A stretch of 64,000 bases of DNA from Phallusia mammillata (taxonomy: Eukaryota): the NCBI GenBank assembly GCA_965637545.1, contig OZ281500.1, positions 5,456,001 to 5,520,000 of the forward strand, given 5' to 3'. This document shows, one piece after another, positions 51,202-62,380 of the stretch (position 1 is the stretch's first letter; the number at the start of each line of letters is the position of its first letter). The position numbers were made by a program, and so were the translations under genes. The notes under the pieces were generated by a model. It made no database searches and had not been told where the DNA came from. It saw only the letters and a program-made list of their open reading frames with translations.

Positions 51202-53459
51202 ATGTCTAAACATACTGTGCTGTTTTTCTGTGCCCTAGCACCTTGCATCTTTATTATGTATGGATATTACCACTTTCTCCACTGTCCAACTATGTGAGTA
51301 AATATGATTTAACTCAGTTTTTAATTTGATGTTTTTATGGCTTCGGGGCGTTGTGAGGCACTGCGTTCGCAAATGCTGACAAATTATTCAAGATATAGGA
51401 TAATGAAAATACTTAAGCGTGTTTGCACTGAGGCACTTGCACCTGGGTATAATGAACGTTGCCTGTAAACAGCATTACGAAAGATTAAGGTTAATCAGGA
51501 TTTACAGAAGTAACGGTAAAATAACAAACAGTCCCACAGAACAGAGGTTCTCAACAGGGGTAACCCCCCAAAAACAAACGTTTGGGTTTAAAAGCAAGGA
51601 AATATCTACATGTATGTAACATTCCTCGAGAAACAAACCTGAATTTGATCTATTCTACTTTCACAGTGTAACTTAATTTTCATTTTTTCCCTATCTAGCC
51701 AGTTTTGCAGTACTTAATTTATTATATAAGGTACATAAGTCAAAATAGGAATTGGGATACATATCACCTTACAATTCAAATGAGTAAACGAAACAAAACG
51801 GTTAAGAATTGTTGTTTTATAAACTGCATTTTCTTATTGTTTCAGATACTAACGTATGTTGTTGTTTTTCAGAAACGTTATTCCGCCAACAGTGCATGAG
51901 ATACGAACACACTTACAAAGCAATAAAAAAATTTTGGAAGTTCGAAACAAGTTGAAATTTATAATGGAACCGCCCAAGGTACTGGAAGACTTGTGCTCAA
52001 AAACGTGCGATAGTTCAGGTGGGTGCGAAAGTAAAAAGCAAGACAACTGTCAGATAACCCTTTTTTGCTCGCACTCATCCTGCTTGTGTAGAATTCCAGA
52101 AACTTCATTAGGTTATCGAAGAATATAATGGCCGAAATAGACATATATCGTCAAATGCTTTCGTAAAATACCGATGCCATTATCAGTAAAGTGCTAATCA
52201 GTAACAATTTAATAAAATGTACGAAGCAAGGTTAGCGATAAATTCCAAGTCTTCTATTTGGTCACATACTAATTTCTAAAGAGCTATATGTGAAATTCTG
52301 TGCAAAACGTTTTATTACAAACTTTAACGTTTCATACTGGGATGAAATTTGCTTTTAGATGTTCAAACGAAAATGGTGACTTTTGTTAAATCGGCGTCGC
52401 ATCACTTCAAAAGACGGGAAACAATTCGCCGCACGTGGGCGTCAGTGCGCACCATCAACGAAACACAGTTTAGAACAATTTTTGTCGTTGGCCAAACTTT
52501 GTCTATAGCGGACGCGAATTTGTTAACAGATGAGCAACAAAGATATGACGATATACTGCAGTACGACGGACCAGACGATTACAAGTAAGTCGCAACTATG
52601 TCATTACTGTGATAAAGGCTTAAGATTGGTTGCTTCTAGTACTTAAAATACCTCGTGTCATTGTGGGTTGTGTCTCTCAAAAGTAAATCAATTGGAGTCA
52701 TGCTTTAAGAAAGTTACACTACCACCAGCAAAATACCTTACGCTAGCAAAATTACTCAAGTGAAGATCCGGAGAAGAATAAATTAAATTTTGTATGCTTA
52801 ACACAAAACCAAACTTTAGAAGAAGCAGCCACAGTGATTTCGATTAAGTGAAAAATGTCCTAAAGTTTTCCTGTATTAAATATTTAGACAATGAAAGTAA
52901 CTGGAAGGTATGTTGCAGGAACATAATGCTGAAGACACTGGCTGGAATGCAGTGGGCCAATGACAACCTGCCACGTCACTTCTACTATTCGTCAGCCGAT
53001 GATGACGTCGTAGTCAACATGGCAACTTTGAAGGTGCAAGTGGCTGCTGCACAGGAAAAGATGAACAAAGACAAGTGGAGCGAATTTCCTTTAGCCTGCG
53101 TTTATGGCATAATGCCCAACGATGCGCCGCACAGGGAAAGAGGCAGCAAATGGCTGATACAAAGAGATGAATACCCTTGGCATGTATGGCCTGTATCTTG
53201 CTATGGCGGTTTTTATACAACTCGTGTCAGCCTTGTTGCTCGTCTTTATGAGGAATCGAGAACATTGCCTTTACTGCGTTTTGACGACGTCTGGTTAACA
53301 GGCATAGTGCGTCAGCGTTTAGGAATGCCAAGCGATATGTTACTCCCACCAGGTGACGATAACACTGTGCATCATTTAGAGAAAGATGAAGACATGGACG
53401 TTGTATGGGAGAAAGCAAAGTCAAATATGATAACAAACAATGCTTGCTTATGTCTCTGA
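51202..53459 (+). CDS. GT31 beta-1,3-glycosyltransferase paralog E (334 aa model)
   Basis: Exons 51202-51293 (MSKHTVLFFCALAPCIFIMYGYYH), 51873-52018 (KLKFIMEP..CSKTC), 52359-52584 (MVTFVKS..IRRTW..GPDDY) and 52919-53459 (NIMLKTLAGMQW, YSSADDD, WPVSCYGGFY, FDDVWLTG, HH, ACLCL*). Phases 2/1/2, GT-AG, 1005 nt. Confidence 0.92.
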
Positions 53460-53990
53460 TAGCCAGTATGTTTTTTGTTTTTTTATTTGCACTTGTCCAC
53501 GGACAATAAAAAAGTTCTGTTATACGTTTTTTTTTTCAGTTGCCTTTTTTACTACTTTCGAACCTTCTGCTGAACCTTTTGCAATGTGTGTCAGTAGCAT
53601 CGTGACAAGACAGCGGCTTTTAAAAAAGACGAAATAAATCGTATTTGCATAGAAATTGTTTTAAAGTATTGCCACGGAGGCAAAAACAAACCAATGAAGC
53701 TTGTGCTCACCAGTGGCAAACAATTCCGTCGCAAGTTCGTAGACAACTATACATCAACAACTTAGGCAAGCTACAAAATTACCACGAGGTACATTACAAG
53801 AATGACAATTTTGTTCTCAATTAAACTGCTCCTTTAAATCCAGCGTATCTAAGATTAGTTTGGTTTTAATGTCACAAGTATGTACTATGTTGACTTTAAA
53901 CAACCCACAGAGCTCTGCTCATTATTATTGAAAAAAATATTGTAGTGAATAATTTCCAATTTGTTTCATGCTTATTGTATTGCTGTAAAT

Positions 53991-54309
53991 CAGGGGTGGG
54001 CAACCTGCGGCCCGCGGGCCGCATGCGGCCCTTCAGTCAAGGTTGTGCGGCCCGCAAAGACGCTTGGATTTCAAAAGTACTGGCAAACCAGTCCAATTAT
54101 TACATATTTTTGAGCTGATTAATGTGCCTGATGCTAGTTTTCTGCGATCTGGCAAAATGTGGCTAGATTTAAATACGAATTATACTTGTAGTTAAGCATA
54201 TTTGGTTAGAAACCAAGGAAAATCACTTTGTGTTATACACAGGTGCGGCCCTCGATCCCATTTTGACATTTATAATTGGCCCTGCAGTAACAAAGGTTGC
54301 CCACCCCTG
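53991..54309. mobile_element. hAT MITE family 2
   Basis: Perfect TIR CAGGGGTGGGCAACCT / AGGTTGCCCACCCCTG; perfect TSD CTGTAAAT (53983-53990, 54310-54317); GCGGCCC subterminal repeats. Confidence 0.93.
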
Positions 54310-54837
54310 CTGTAAATAATGCGTTTTTTATTTTGAAACACCTCAAACAAGCCATTTAACAAAAGTATGGGACCCATGTGTATTTGCTTTCCACCATTTC
54401 TTATTCATTAAGGAGTTTTCCAAGACTGTAACTTTATTAGACAACATCCTTAACAAGAGGGGTAAGCATAACCAAAAAATACGCTACATAGTTAAACAGA
54501 ATTTACGTGTCACTATTTGTTGGGTTTTGTACGATGTGAATTGCTACCATGTAGTTTCATTTGTAAATTCAGTCTGAGGATCATCTGTCAAATACGTGTC
54601 AAGATGTTTCGTCTGTTAACTATGCCACCCCCGCACTTTACTGATGATGACAACATAAACAGTTGAAACGTCTACATTTTTATAGTCAGTTTTTCATTGT
54701 CACAAGGCATTAACTTCAAAGTCACTTGCATTTTTTTTAATGACGGTTGACTAGTTTACCAACTTCTGTTTTCAGGTTAAAAGTAGTCAATATTGCCAAA
54801 AAAGCAAACATTTGATCCAAAATCTTATGTTAGTGTA

Positions 54838-55242
54838 CAGACCGAAACGGTCCCCCAAATTTCTCCAGCGGTTTCCCAAAATTTGGACTTGCAACTACAG
54901 TAGAAAAGTAATGGTTGTTTCTCGCTATATCTTGTCGATAATACGAATATAGCCTACGATCAATAGTTCACGTCCGGAAAGGACCGACGAACAGTGACAG
55001 TGCGAGCATTGAAATCTGCAAACAACGAAGAAATGGAAGCTGGCGGATGGGAACGGGATTGCGAATCTGTTTTGTTGCATGAGAAAGAACCTGAAAAATT
55101 TGTTCTGTGATTGTGCACTGCCAGTAGCCTAATAAATAATTCGTTTAAGCAAATATGGCTATTTATTGGTATTTAAATGAAACACTTGCGGTCTCTTAAA
55201 ACTACTTAGCGGTCACCCAAACCAAACCTTAAAAAAAAACTG
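54838..55242. mobile_element. Degenerate hAT-like MITE
   Basis: CAG...CTG ends bracketed by a perfect 8-bp direct repeat TTAGTGTA (54830-54837, 55243-55250); GCGGT repeats near both ends; TIRs eroded. A family-1-like fragment follows at about 55260-55310. Confidence 0.5.
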
Positions 55243-57625
55243 TTAGTGTAGCGGTTGCGCCGCGGCCGGTCCATGAGGAGTTCGGCCGTATATACTGTTT
55301 TAGGGTAAATGCTTTAATGATTTATGTAAAGCAATCTCTGCATACGGCAACGTTGGCAAGTTTGAATACGTAACGTATATAAGGTGTAATGGCTCTATTT
55401 AGATGTATTCAAGCGAGCCCCAACTGCCTGTTTACTCACCACCGCCTCGCTCGAAAGCTTGTCAAGAAGCAAATTTAGGACCATTACAACTGTACCGTTC
55501 TTTGTTTACTCCAAAGCAGGGATTACCTCATGGGCATTCTAACGTTTTCTAACGGTTACTGATAGTTCGTAAACCGGCTGTAGTTACCAAGAACTTTAAC
55601 GAAGTATAAACAATAAGCACATACTGCCCTTACATGCGGTGACATTAGAGATGTCGTTGTGTTAGAAGACAGTAAAGTTAATGACATACATTTAAACAAG
55701 CAACATCATTACCAAGTTCAACATGCTCAAATACAAGATGGAATTAAATCCAAAGTACTTTATACACAATTCTTCTTTTACGCAATTGGTTTTGAAGATA
55801 CATGTTTTCCAATAGAAACAGCATTAGCACCACAATGATGGTGATGTAGGCCTAACTGTGGTGTAATGAGAATCCCACCAAATTAAAGTACAGGTTCGGT
55901 GGCTGTAGGGAGTAATTTAGAGACACCGGCATGCATAACTGCCTAAGCACGTTATTACCCGATTAAAGTGACTAATACTTTTTTCAAAAAACACTGTGTT
56001 AGACACACAAGAATCACGTTTTCGATAAACTACACTATATAACTAACAACTTTGAATGTACCACTATGTATGACAGGAAGGTAAATTTACGTCGGGGGAT
56101 TTAACGCCTTGCATACAAACCCATGGCAATTTCAGGCGTGAGTTGGTGTTTGCAAAAGGTGTTTGCACATAGAAGGTCAAATGAAAACACTTTCATTTTG
56201 AGAATGTGGCTTAAGGACAGTCGGTGCAAATACCTTAAAATAGCAGTAGCAATGTGTCACACAGCACGTAGTAACTAGTTTATTAGTATGTGAAGAGCAC
56301 AAGCACCTAAAAGTATATTAGGTGGATTTCTAGCACGCAGGTGTTGTGGATTGGTTTTAGGACTTGTCGTATTACCAAGCATTCACTTGTATTTTACTAG
56401 GACGGAAAAAAGTTTTTTTTTTTGCATTTTGATTCTCCACATTAGGAAAAAAAGGTTAACCAAGACGAATGAAAGTTGTTTATCAGACAAGTCGATTTAA
56501 AAACCTCAATTATTTGTACAAAGTTCGTTTCAAAATCAGAATCAAACGTGTATCCATCTTCGATTTCCACAACTCAGCTAGATCAGGGTAAAAAAAATAA
56601 CCATCAAACATATGTGACTAATCCTTAAATAGCTACGAACATGTTTCCTGCGTTGGCTCCCTTTAATACGAAGCAGCTGCAGACGAGGGCACGGTTGGTA
56701 GTGGTAACGGGTTTTGTTATTACTGGATTTAAGATTTTTTGTAGAGTTTGGTTTGAAAAATTGAGCATCAAAATTTGGCCAGAAACGGGCTCAACACAAA
56801 CGTAGTTTTTTAATATACCGGTTTGTAATCATTTTGCAAGCGAGCTGACTGTTGTAGGCAATTGCAAAGAGTAATCCAACGTCAGTGACATTCCGGGAAA
56901 TCCAGACAAAACACACGAAATCCAGGCGAACTATCGCCTCTGGCCTTTCGAGTCGAAAGCCTTGTACAGCAGTCACGGCACTACTAGCGACTTTGAAGGT
57001 GCTGAGAAATATTAGAAATGTGTTGCGAGAGTTGGAAAATAGTGATGAATTTATTTAAGGTCAGAAGTGGACTGCTGCATAAGCTGGAAATAAACGCCCT
57101 GAGCATTTGATTGAATACGCTTATTGTCCATAACTTAAAGGAAAACAACCAAGGCCAGAAAGCAGTCAGCTAGTCTCCATACGTCAGCATTATATAACCA
57201 AATGTATTTTGTTAGAAAACATTGATTTAACTGATGATGGCAGTCGTTTTGTCTTAACAAAAGAACATATTATGATTGATTTAACAACATTGTGCTTTAC
57301 TACTAAGCCATTAATTACAAATCCCAAGCTTAAGTTCTAATTTTATAAAACATATCGCGAAACTAAAATAAACTTGTTTCTCCTAGCTGCAATGGCATAT
57401 TTACAAGATGCTAAATCATAGTTGATGTATTAAATAAAGTCTATTCGACGCCCCACTGTAATGAATGACAAACCATTAAAATGGCATGTAAAACACACAC
57501 AATAAAATAGACTGCAAACATCTAAACGATCGTTGTTGTTATCATCAGTGCAAATTAATGACAGAACTAATGACAACAACAATTAATAATTCGTTTGCAG
57601 TCAAATATGTTCACCATAATTAAAA

Positions 57626-57901
57626 ATTCTAACCAGAAACAAACAAGCCAATATATTTACATAAAGCATGACGTTTCGACATCAACTTGTGTCATTCTCA
57701 AATAATTAAATCTAAAATCAAGCTGCGCGTAAAACCAGTAAAAGCAGTAAAAAAGGCAATAAACACAAGCGCGAAAGCGCTTGTGTTTATTGCCTTTTTT
57801 AATGCTTGATTTTAGATTTATTCATTTGAGAATGACACAAGTTGATGTCGAAACGTCATGCTTTATGCAAATATATTGGCTTGTTTGTTTCTGGTTAGAA
57901 T
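57626..57901. repeat. 276-bp foldback (long inverted repeat), possibly the inverted end of a Penelope-like element
   Basis: Outer arms 57626-57723 and 57804-57901 match at 95 of 98 positions; inner perfect 24-bp stem (57749-57772, 57777-57800) closed by a GAAA loop; 22-nt one-sided bulge at 57724-57745; each outer arm carries a hammerhead-like motif. Confidence 0.9.
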
Positions 57902-58929
57902 CTTTAAAACCGTGAATTGTGTACATAATTAAAAATCCTCTTGAATGAGTTTGTGTGTCTTGTGTTTCAATAAAAAAATGGTTAAAAATATTGCACTTGT
58001 AGAATAAATAATCATTTTTCAGTAATAAATTATTTTGATACGAGCGACAATTTAAAACAATACCAGACATAATGGTTTGATTGCTCAAGTTTGTGTGTAA
58101 TACTGACTTATGGCGACTATCGTATGCCTCGCGGGTATTTTAAATCGTTTACACGCTAAACGCAGCAAGCGCTGATCAATATATGATAAAGCAATCGATG
58201 TGAACAAAAAGGACACAAAAGACCTTAAACAAAGAACCCAAAATACACAATGTTGCCGTGTTTTACCAAAGTACACTTGTTTTAGCAGGAATCCGAACAA
58301 ATAGGTCTTCTATGAATAATGATACACACATTTTGTGGGCTTTTTATACATCCTGCATTGTTAGTTCAAACAGGTGTATTTTTATTCATGCACATATACA
58401 GCAAAACTGCAATGGATAGAAAGCACGGCTGTTTTCAATGCGTTTTGTAGCCATAGGGAATAGATATGTGGTTTGGCTTTGGGGCATAAAGCGTTGTCAC
58501 ACGATTCAGGCTTCAAGCGACAGACTAAATCGCTTTCCTGCGGCCTTGGGTCAACGTTAGTACGGTTAATCTCGTTAGATGACAAAGTCGTTTTCAACCC
58601 AAGACGTACTTACACAAGAAAAGCTTGATTGTTAGTTTTTCTAGTAGGTCTCATGGTAAAGCCGCAGTTACACTGACGTCTATGCGAGGTATGATTTGTT
58701 TTCAAACTCGATACGTCATATAGAATCGGAAGTTTGATGACAGCACATAGTAACTATGCTATAACTAGCCTGACGTAGCCCTAGGGTTGTGTGTTGATCC
58801 TGCGGAATCGGTTTAGTGTAACCTACTTTTAAACAGCGTCACGCGATTTGCTTTTGTTTTACAGGTGATTAGGGTTACAAAGGGCAAGAAAAAAAGATGG
58901 TTTGGGGGTGAAAGAAATTTCCCAGTACA

Positions 58930-61900
58930 ATGCAGAAATCTATCAAGGTCTCCTTACTCTTGCTCGGTATCATAGCAACTTTTACCACATACAAATTAAG
59001 CGATTCGATTACAAGCCTGGCTAAGGTCAGAGTGAGGTATTTGAGTGGACAAAACTTCACAAACGATATCAACACAACCCAAGGTAATAGGCTATTACAA
59101 AATATAACTCTTTATCTGCTGATTTAAATTAGTTGAAACTATGAAATTGCTCGTGGTAATGTATTTATTAGTGTGGATAACGCTATTTGCCCAGTAATAT
59201 TTCGTCCGAAAAGAGATTAGGTCCGCACTAGGATATATCATCGTCGTAACTTGCTATTTAATGACCTCATAACCATACGATCGACATTGATTCAAATAGG
59301 TTCCGAACTTAATTAATACGACGTGTTTTTGCGTGTTTAAAACCTGTTGCGTCAAGAATTAGCATAAATTAAATGCAGTATAACTTTATGCTTTTCTTTT
59401 ACAACAAAGATGAATAGCTTAAATATTAACTTGCATTCTATTTCCAGTAGTTAAGTCTCGTTCAAACACGTTGAATAACACTTCAACCACAAAAATGTAA
59501 GACTCGTTAGTCGTAGCCGTTTTTAATATTTGACCTATTGAAAGCTTTACCCATGGGTAAAAAAGGAACAAACACAAAAGCAGAATTTGTTTTGTTTATC
59601 GAACGAAACTTATAAACACATGCAGAATAAACCACAAAACGATCAACAAATCAATACTCAATTTAGCTGCATTTTTGACTATTTGTCATTATAATACTTT
59701 ACAATACAGGTTACTTGCCACATAAACTTCACAGCAGGGGTCGGCAACCCCTGGCACGTGTGCCAAGGTTGGCACGCGAGGTGGTTTTTCATGGCACGCC
59801 AACCGATTTGCCTGTTTATATTGGAGTGACATTTTAACCTGTTACACTACTTGTTTGTAGTTTTTATCATGCCATTGTTTTAAATTGAGTCTTACATGTA
59901 CAAAACACTCCGCTTTCTTTTTATTAATGTTATCTGCTGGCACGAACCACTATTATTTAGAAAAACGTTGGCACGCGAAGCCATTACCACAAGGAAATAA
60001 CAAGTAAATTGACACGTGTCGCCTAAAAGGTTGCCGACCCCTGCTTTACAGATTGTCAGATCAAACGCTCCTATTAATACTGACATATAATTTCCAGAGT
60101 CATCCAGTAAAACCATTGGAACTCGTCTTTTTTCCACTCAAGTATACAACAACGAAGACATTTTATTACTTCGACCGAGACAGAAATTTTTAAAGCAACC
60201 TTTAAACTCTTTCGACTTCCCTTGCAAAGTTTCAGGTTGTCCACAGTGGAACGGTAAGTCTCAAATAGAAACTGATTTATGTGTCTACAATTTATAGATA
60301 GTGTAACAACCGGTATTTATCATACCTGAATGCATTCCGGAACACTATTTACGGATTTGTTCATAAGTTTAATGGTGAAAATAACGGCCCAAATAGACGT
60401 AAAAAGCGACATGATTTATTTTTTCAAACGTTTTGGCAAATACTCATGCCATAATCAGTGATATGAAGGCCACATCAGTTACACCCGTTTATATAGGCTA
60501 CTCTTGAGTCACGTGAAGGAATGATAAAAAGGTGCGAAACAAGCGTCGCAGAAAAACGAATGCATTCCATTTTTCGTGTAACTAAATCGGTGACTTTCTC
60601 TATCCACTTGAAGTGATACTTTGGAAACAACCACACATTTTGACATGAAGTACTTCATCACAACATGAAGCCTTAGTATTTCGGACCCAAATTCACATTT
60701 CGGACGAAACCGTAACGAAACTAGTTTGGAGTTATACGAAAATGTGCCCAAAATGGTACGATAGGAATAATCAAAATGATACCACGTACATCGCTTCTGC
60801 ACATCCATACAACCAGACCAGCGAGTGTGGCATACATGGGGTCACGTTAAGCTGACATTTGATTTACCAAAAGCAAGCATTACAGGCCAACAAATTCCAA
60901 TGAATAAATGCCAAACAACCATGGCGGTTTTAAAACGTACATCGTCACAACAATGCACAATTAATTTTATTCTCAGATGCCCGATGGAAGATGGTCATAT
61001 TCGTAAAATCAAAATCGGACAATTTTAGAGCACGGGAAACTGTTCGTAGGACGTGGGCTACAGTGCGGTACATGAATGGAGGCCAGTTTTCCATCGTCTT
61101 CGTGTGCGGAAACACAAGCGGCAATTCAAACGAGCTCATGTTGAAAACGGAACACGACCGTTATAGAGACATACTGCAGTATGATGGACCCGATGGCTAC
61201 AAGTACGTAAGCTGAGTACATAACATGCAATAAGCCTGCAAACCAGTAGTGTACAATGCGGTATCGCGTTTATTTGTTTTCCACCGTCAGGAATCTCCCA
61301 TTAAACACTGTAATTCCAAAGTTTTCAGAATACCGTTAATTTTGTGTGGTGGAAGAAAACACAGTGACCCAGTTGTACCGTCGCAAATGCCAACATTATG
61401 GAGCAAATAATGTATGTGGTACAACTGGCGGTTTCAAGACATGGTTTGCCAACCATCGTACAAACAGTGTTTTTTTGTGTAACTAAATATAACAAAAGGT
61501 TAAAGCATTCTTTATGTGTTTAAAACGATTTTGTAAAATTGTTTGTCTTCAGAAAAACAATACATTTTTCGGCAAATTAATTAAAACAGACTCGTCAACC
61601 TGTTTGGAGCCACAAAAATGATTGTGTTGTGCAGATTGCCATTACTGTCATGAAAACCTTGTGAAGGGACTTTAAAACGCTGAAGTTGTTTTGAGAAAAT
61701 TACCGGAGAAGCAAAAAGATTGATAACGTAATGTGGGTAGCAACAATACTTCCGCGTAGACTGTTTATATCATCAACCAAGCTATTTGCTTCATATCAAA
61801 CAGTTTGCATTAAGCACCATACATTTAATGTTGCTATTACAGAAACATTACTCTGAAAACACTGGCTGGAATGCAATGGGCAAAAGACAACCTTCCAAGC

Positions 61901-62380
61901 GAAACATACTACGCGACGAGTGACGACGATGTGCTGGTGAACATGAAAGACATCCAAGTCCAAGTGGATGCAGCCAACACCACTGCAGTGACAAAGGAAT
62001 GGGACACATTTCCATTGTTGTGCTCGTTTAAAAAAATGATGGACGAATCGCCGCACCGTCATTCAGAAAGCAAGTGGTATATTTCAAAAGAGCTATACGG
62101 GTGGCATTCGTGGCCTTCGTCTTGTTACGGCGGCTTTTATATAACGACTGTAGACGTTGCTAGTCGACTTTACGATGAATCCAGGGCAGTGCCCATGCTC
62201 CATTTAGACGACGTATGGATAACAGGCGTTTTGCGGCAGCGGATTGGCATGCCCGAGGAGATGCTTTTTAAACCAGGGAATACAAACACAGTGAAACATT
62301 TGAATAATAAAGTTAATAAACTCTTAACATGGACTAAAATGAAACCAACAATAATCAATAACAACGTTTGTTTATGCTAG
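58930..62380 (+). CDS. GT31 beta-1,3-glycosyltransferase paralog F (357 aa model)
   Basis: Exons 58930-59083 (MQKSIKVSLLLLGIIATFTTY), 60098-60253 (RPRQKFLKQP..CKVSGC), 60977-61202 (WKMVIFVKS..VRRTW..GPDGY) and 61843-62380 (NITLKTLAGMQW, YATSDDD, WPSSCYGGFY, LDDVWITG, KH, VCLC*). GT-AG, 1074 nt. Intron 1 has a second in-frame splice pair (59036 to 60108). Confidence 0.9.
59735..60043. mobile_element. hAT MITE family 3, intron 1 of paralog F
   Basis: Perfect TIR CAGGGGTCGGCAACC / GGTTGCCGACCCCTG; TSD CTTCACAG / CTTTACAG (1 mismatch); TGGCACG subterminal repeats. Confidence 0.92.

Noticed and set aside
52888-52918. Micro-exon (AG...GTATGT) before exon 4 of paralog E
   Set aside because: It would leave an 11-nt intron, too short to splice.
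30150-55860. Recurring TAGGCCTA / TAGGCTA words
   Set aside because: Only four TAGGCCTA seen, and TAGGCTA counts are close to rough chance expectation; no structure attached.
56942-56990. CTTTCGA-G-TCGAAAG hairpin plus CTAG as a Helitron 3' end
   Set aside because: Spacing is too long, CTAG is not followed by T, and no 5' end was found.
57170-57570. Further CTGATGAT motifs (about 57220 plus, about 57545 minus) as hammerheads
   Set aside because: Short stems are present but the GAAAC element is absent.
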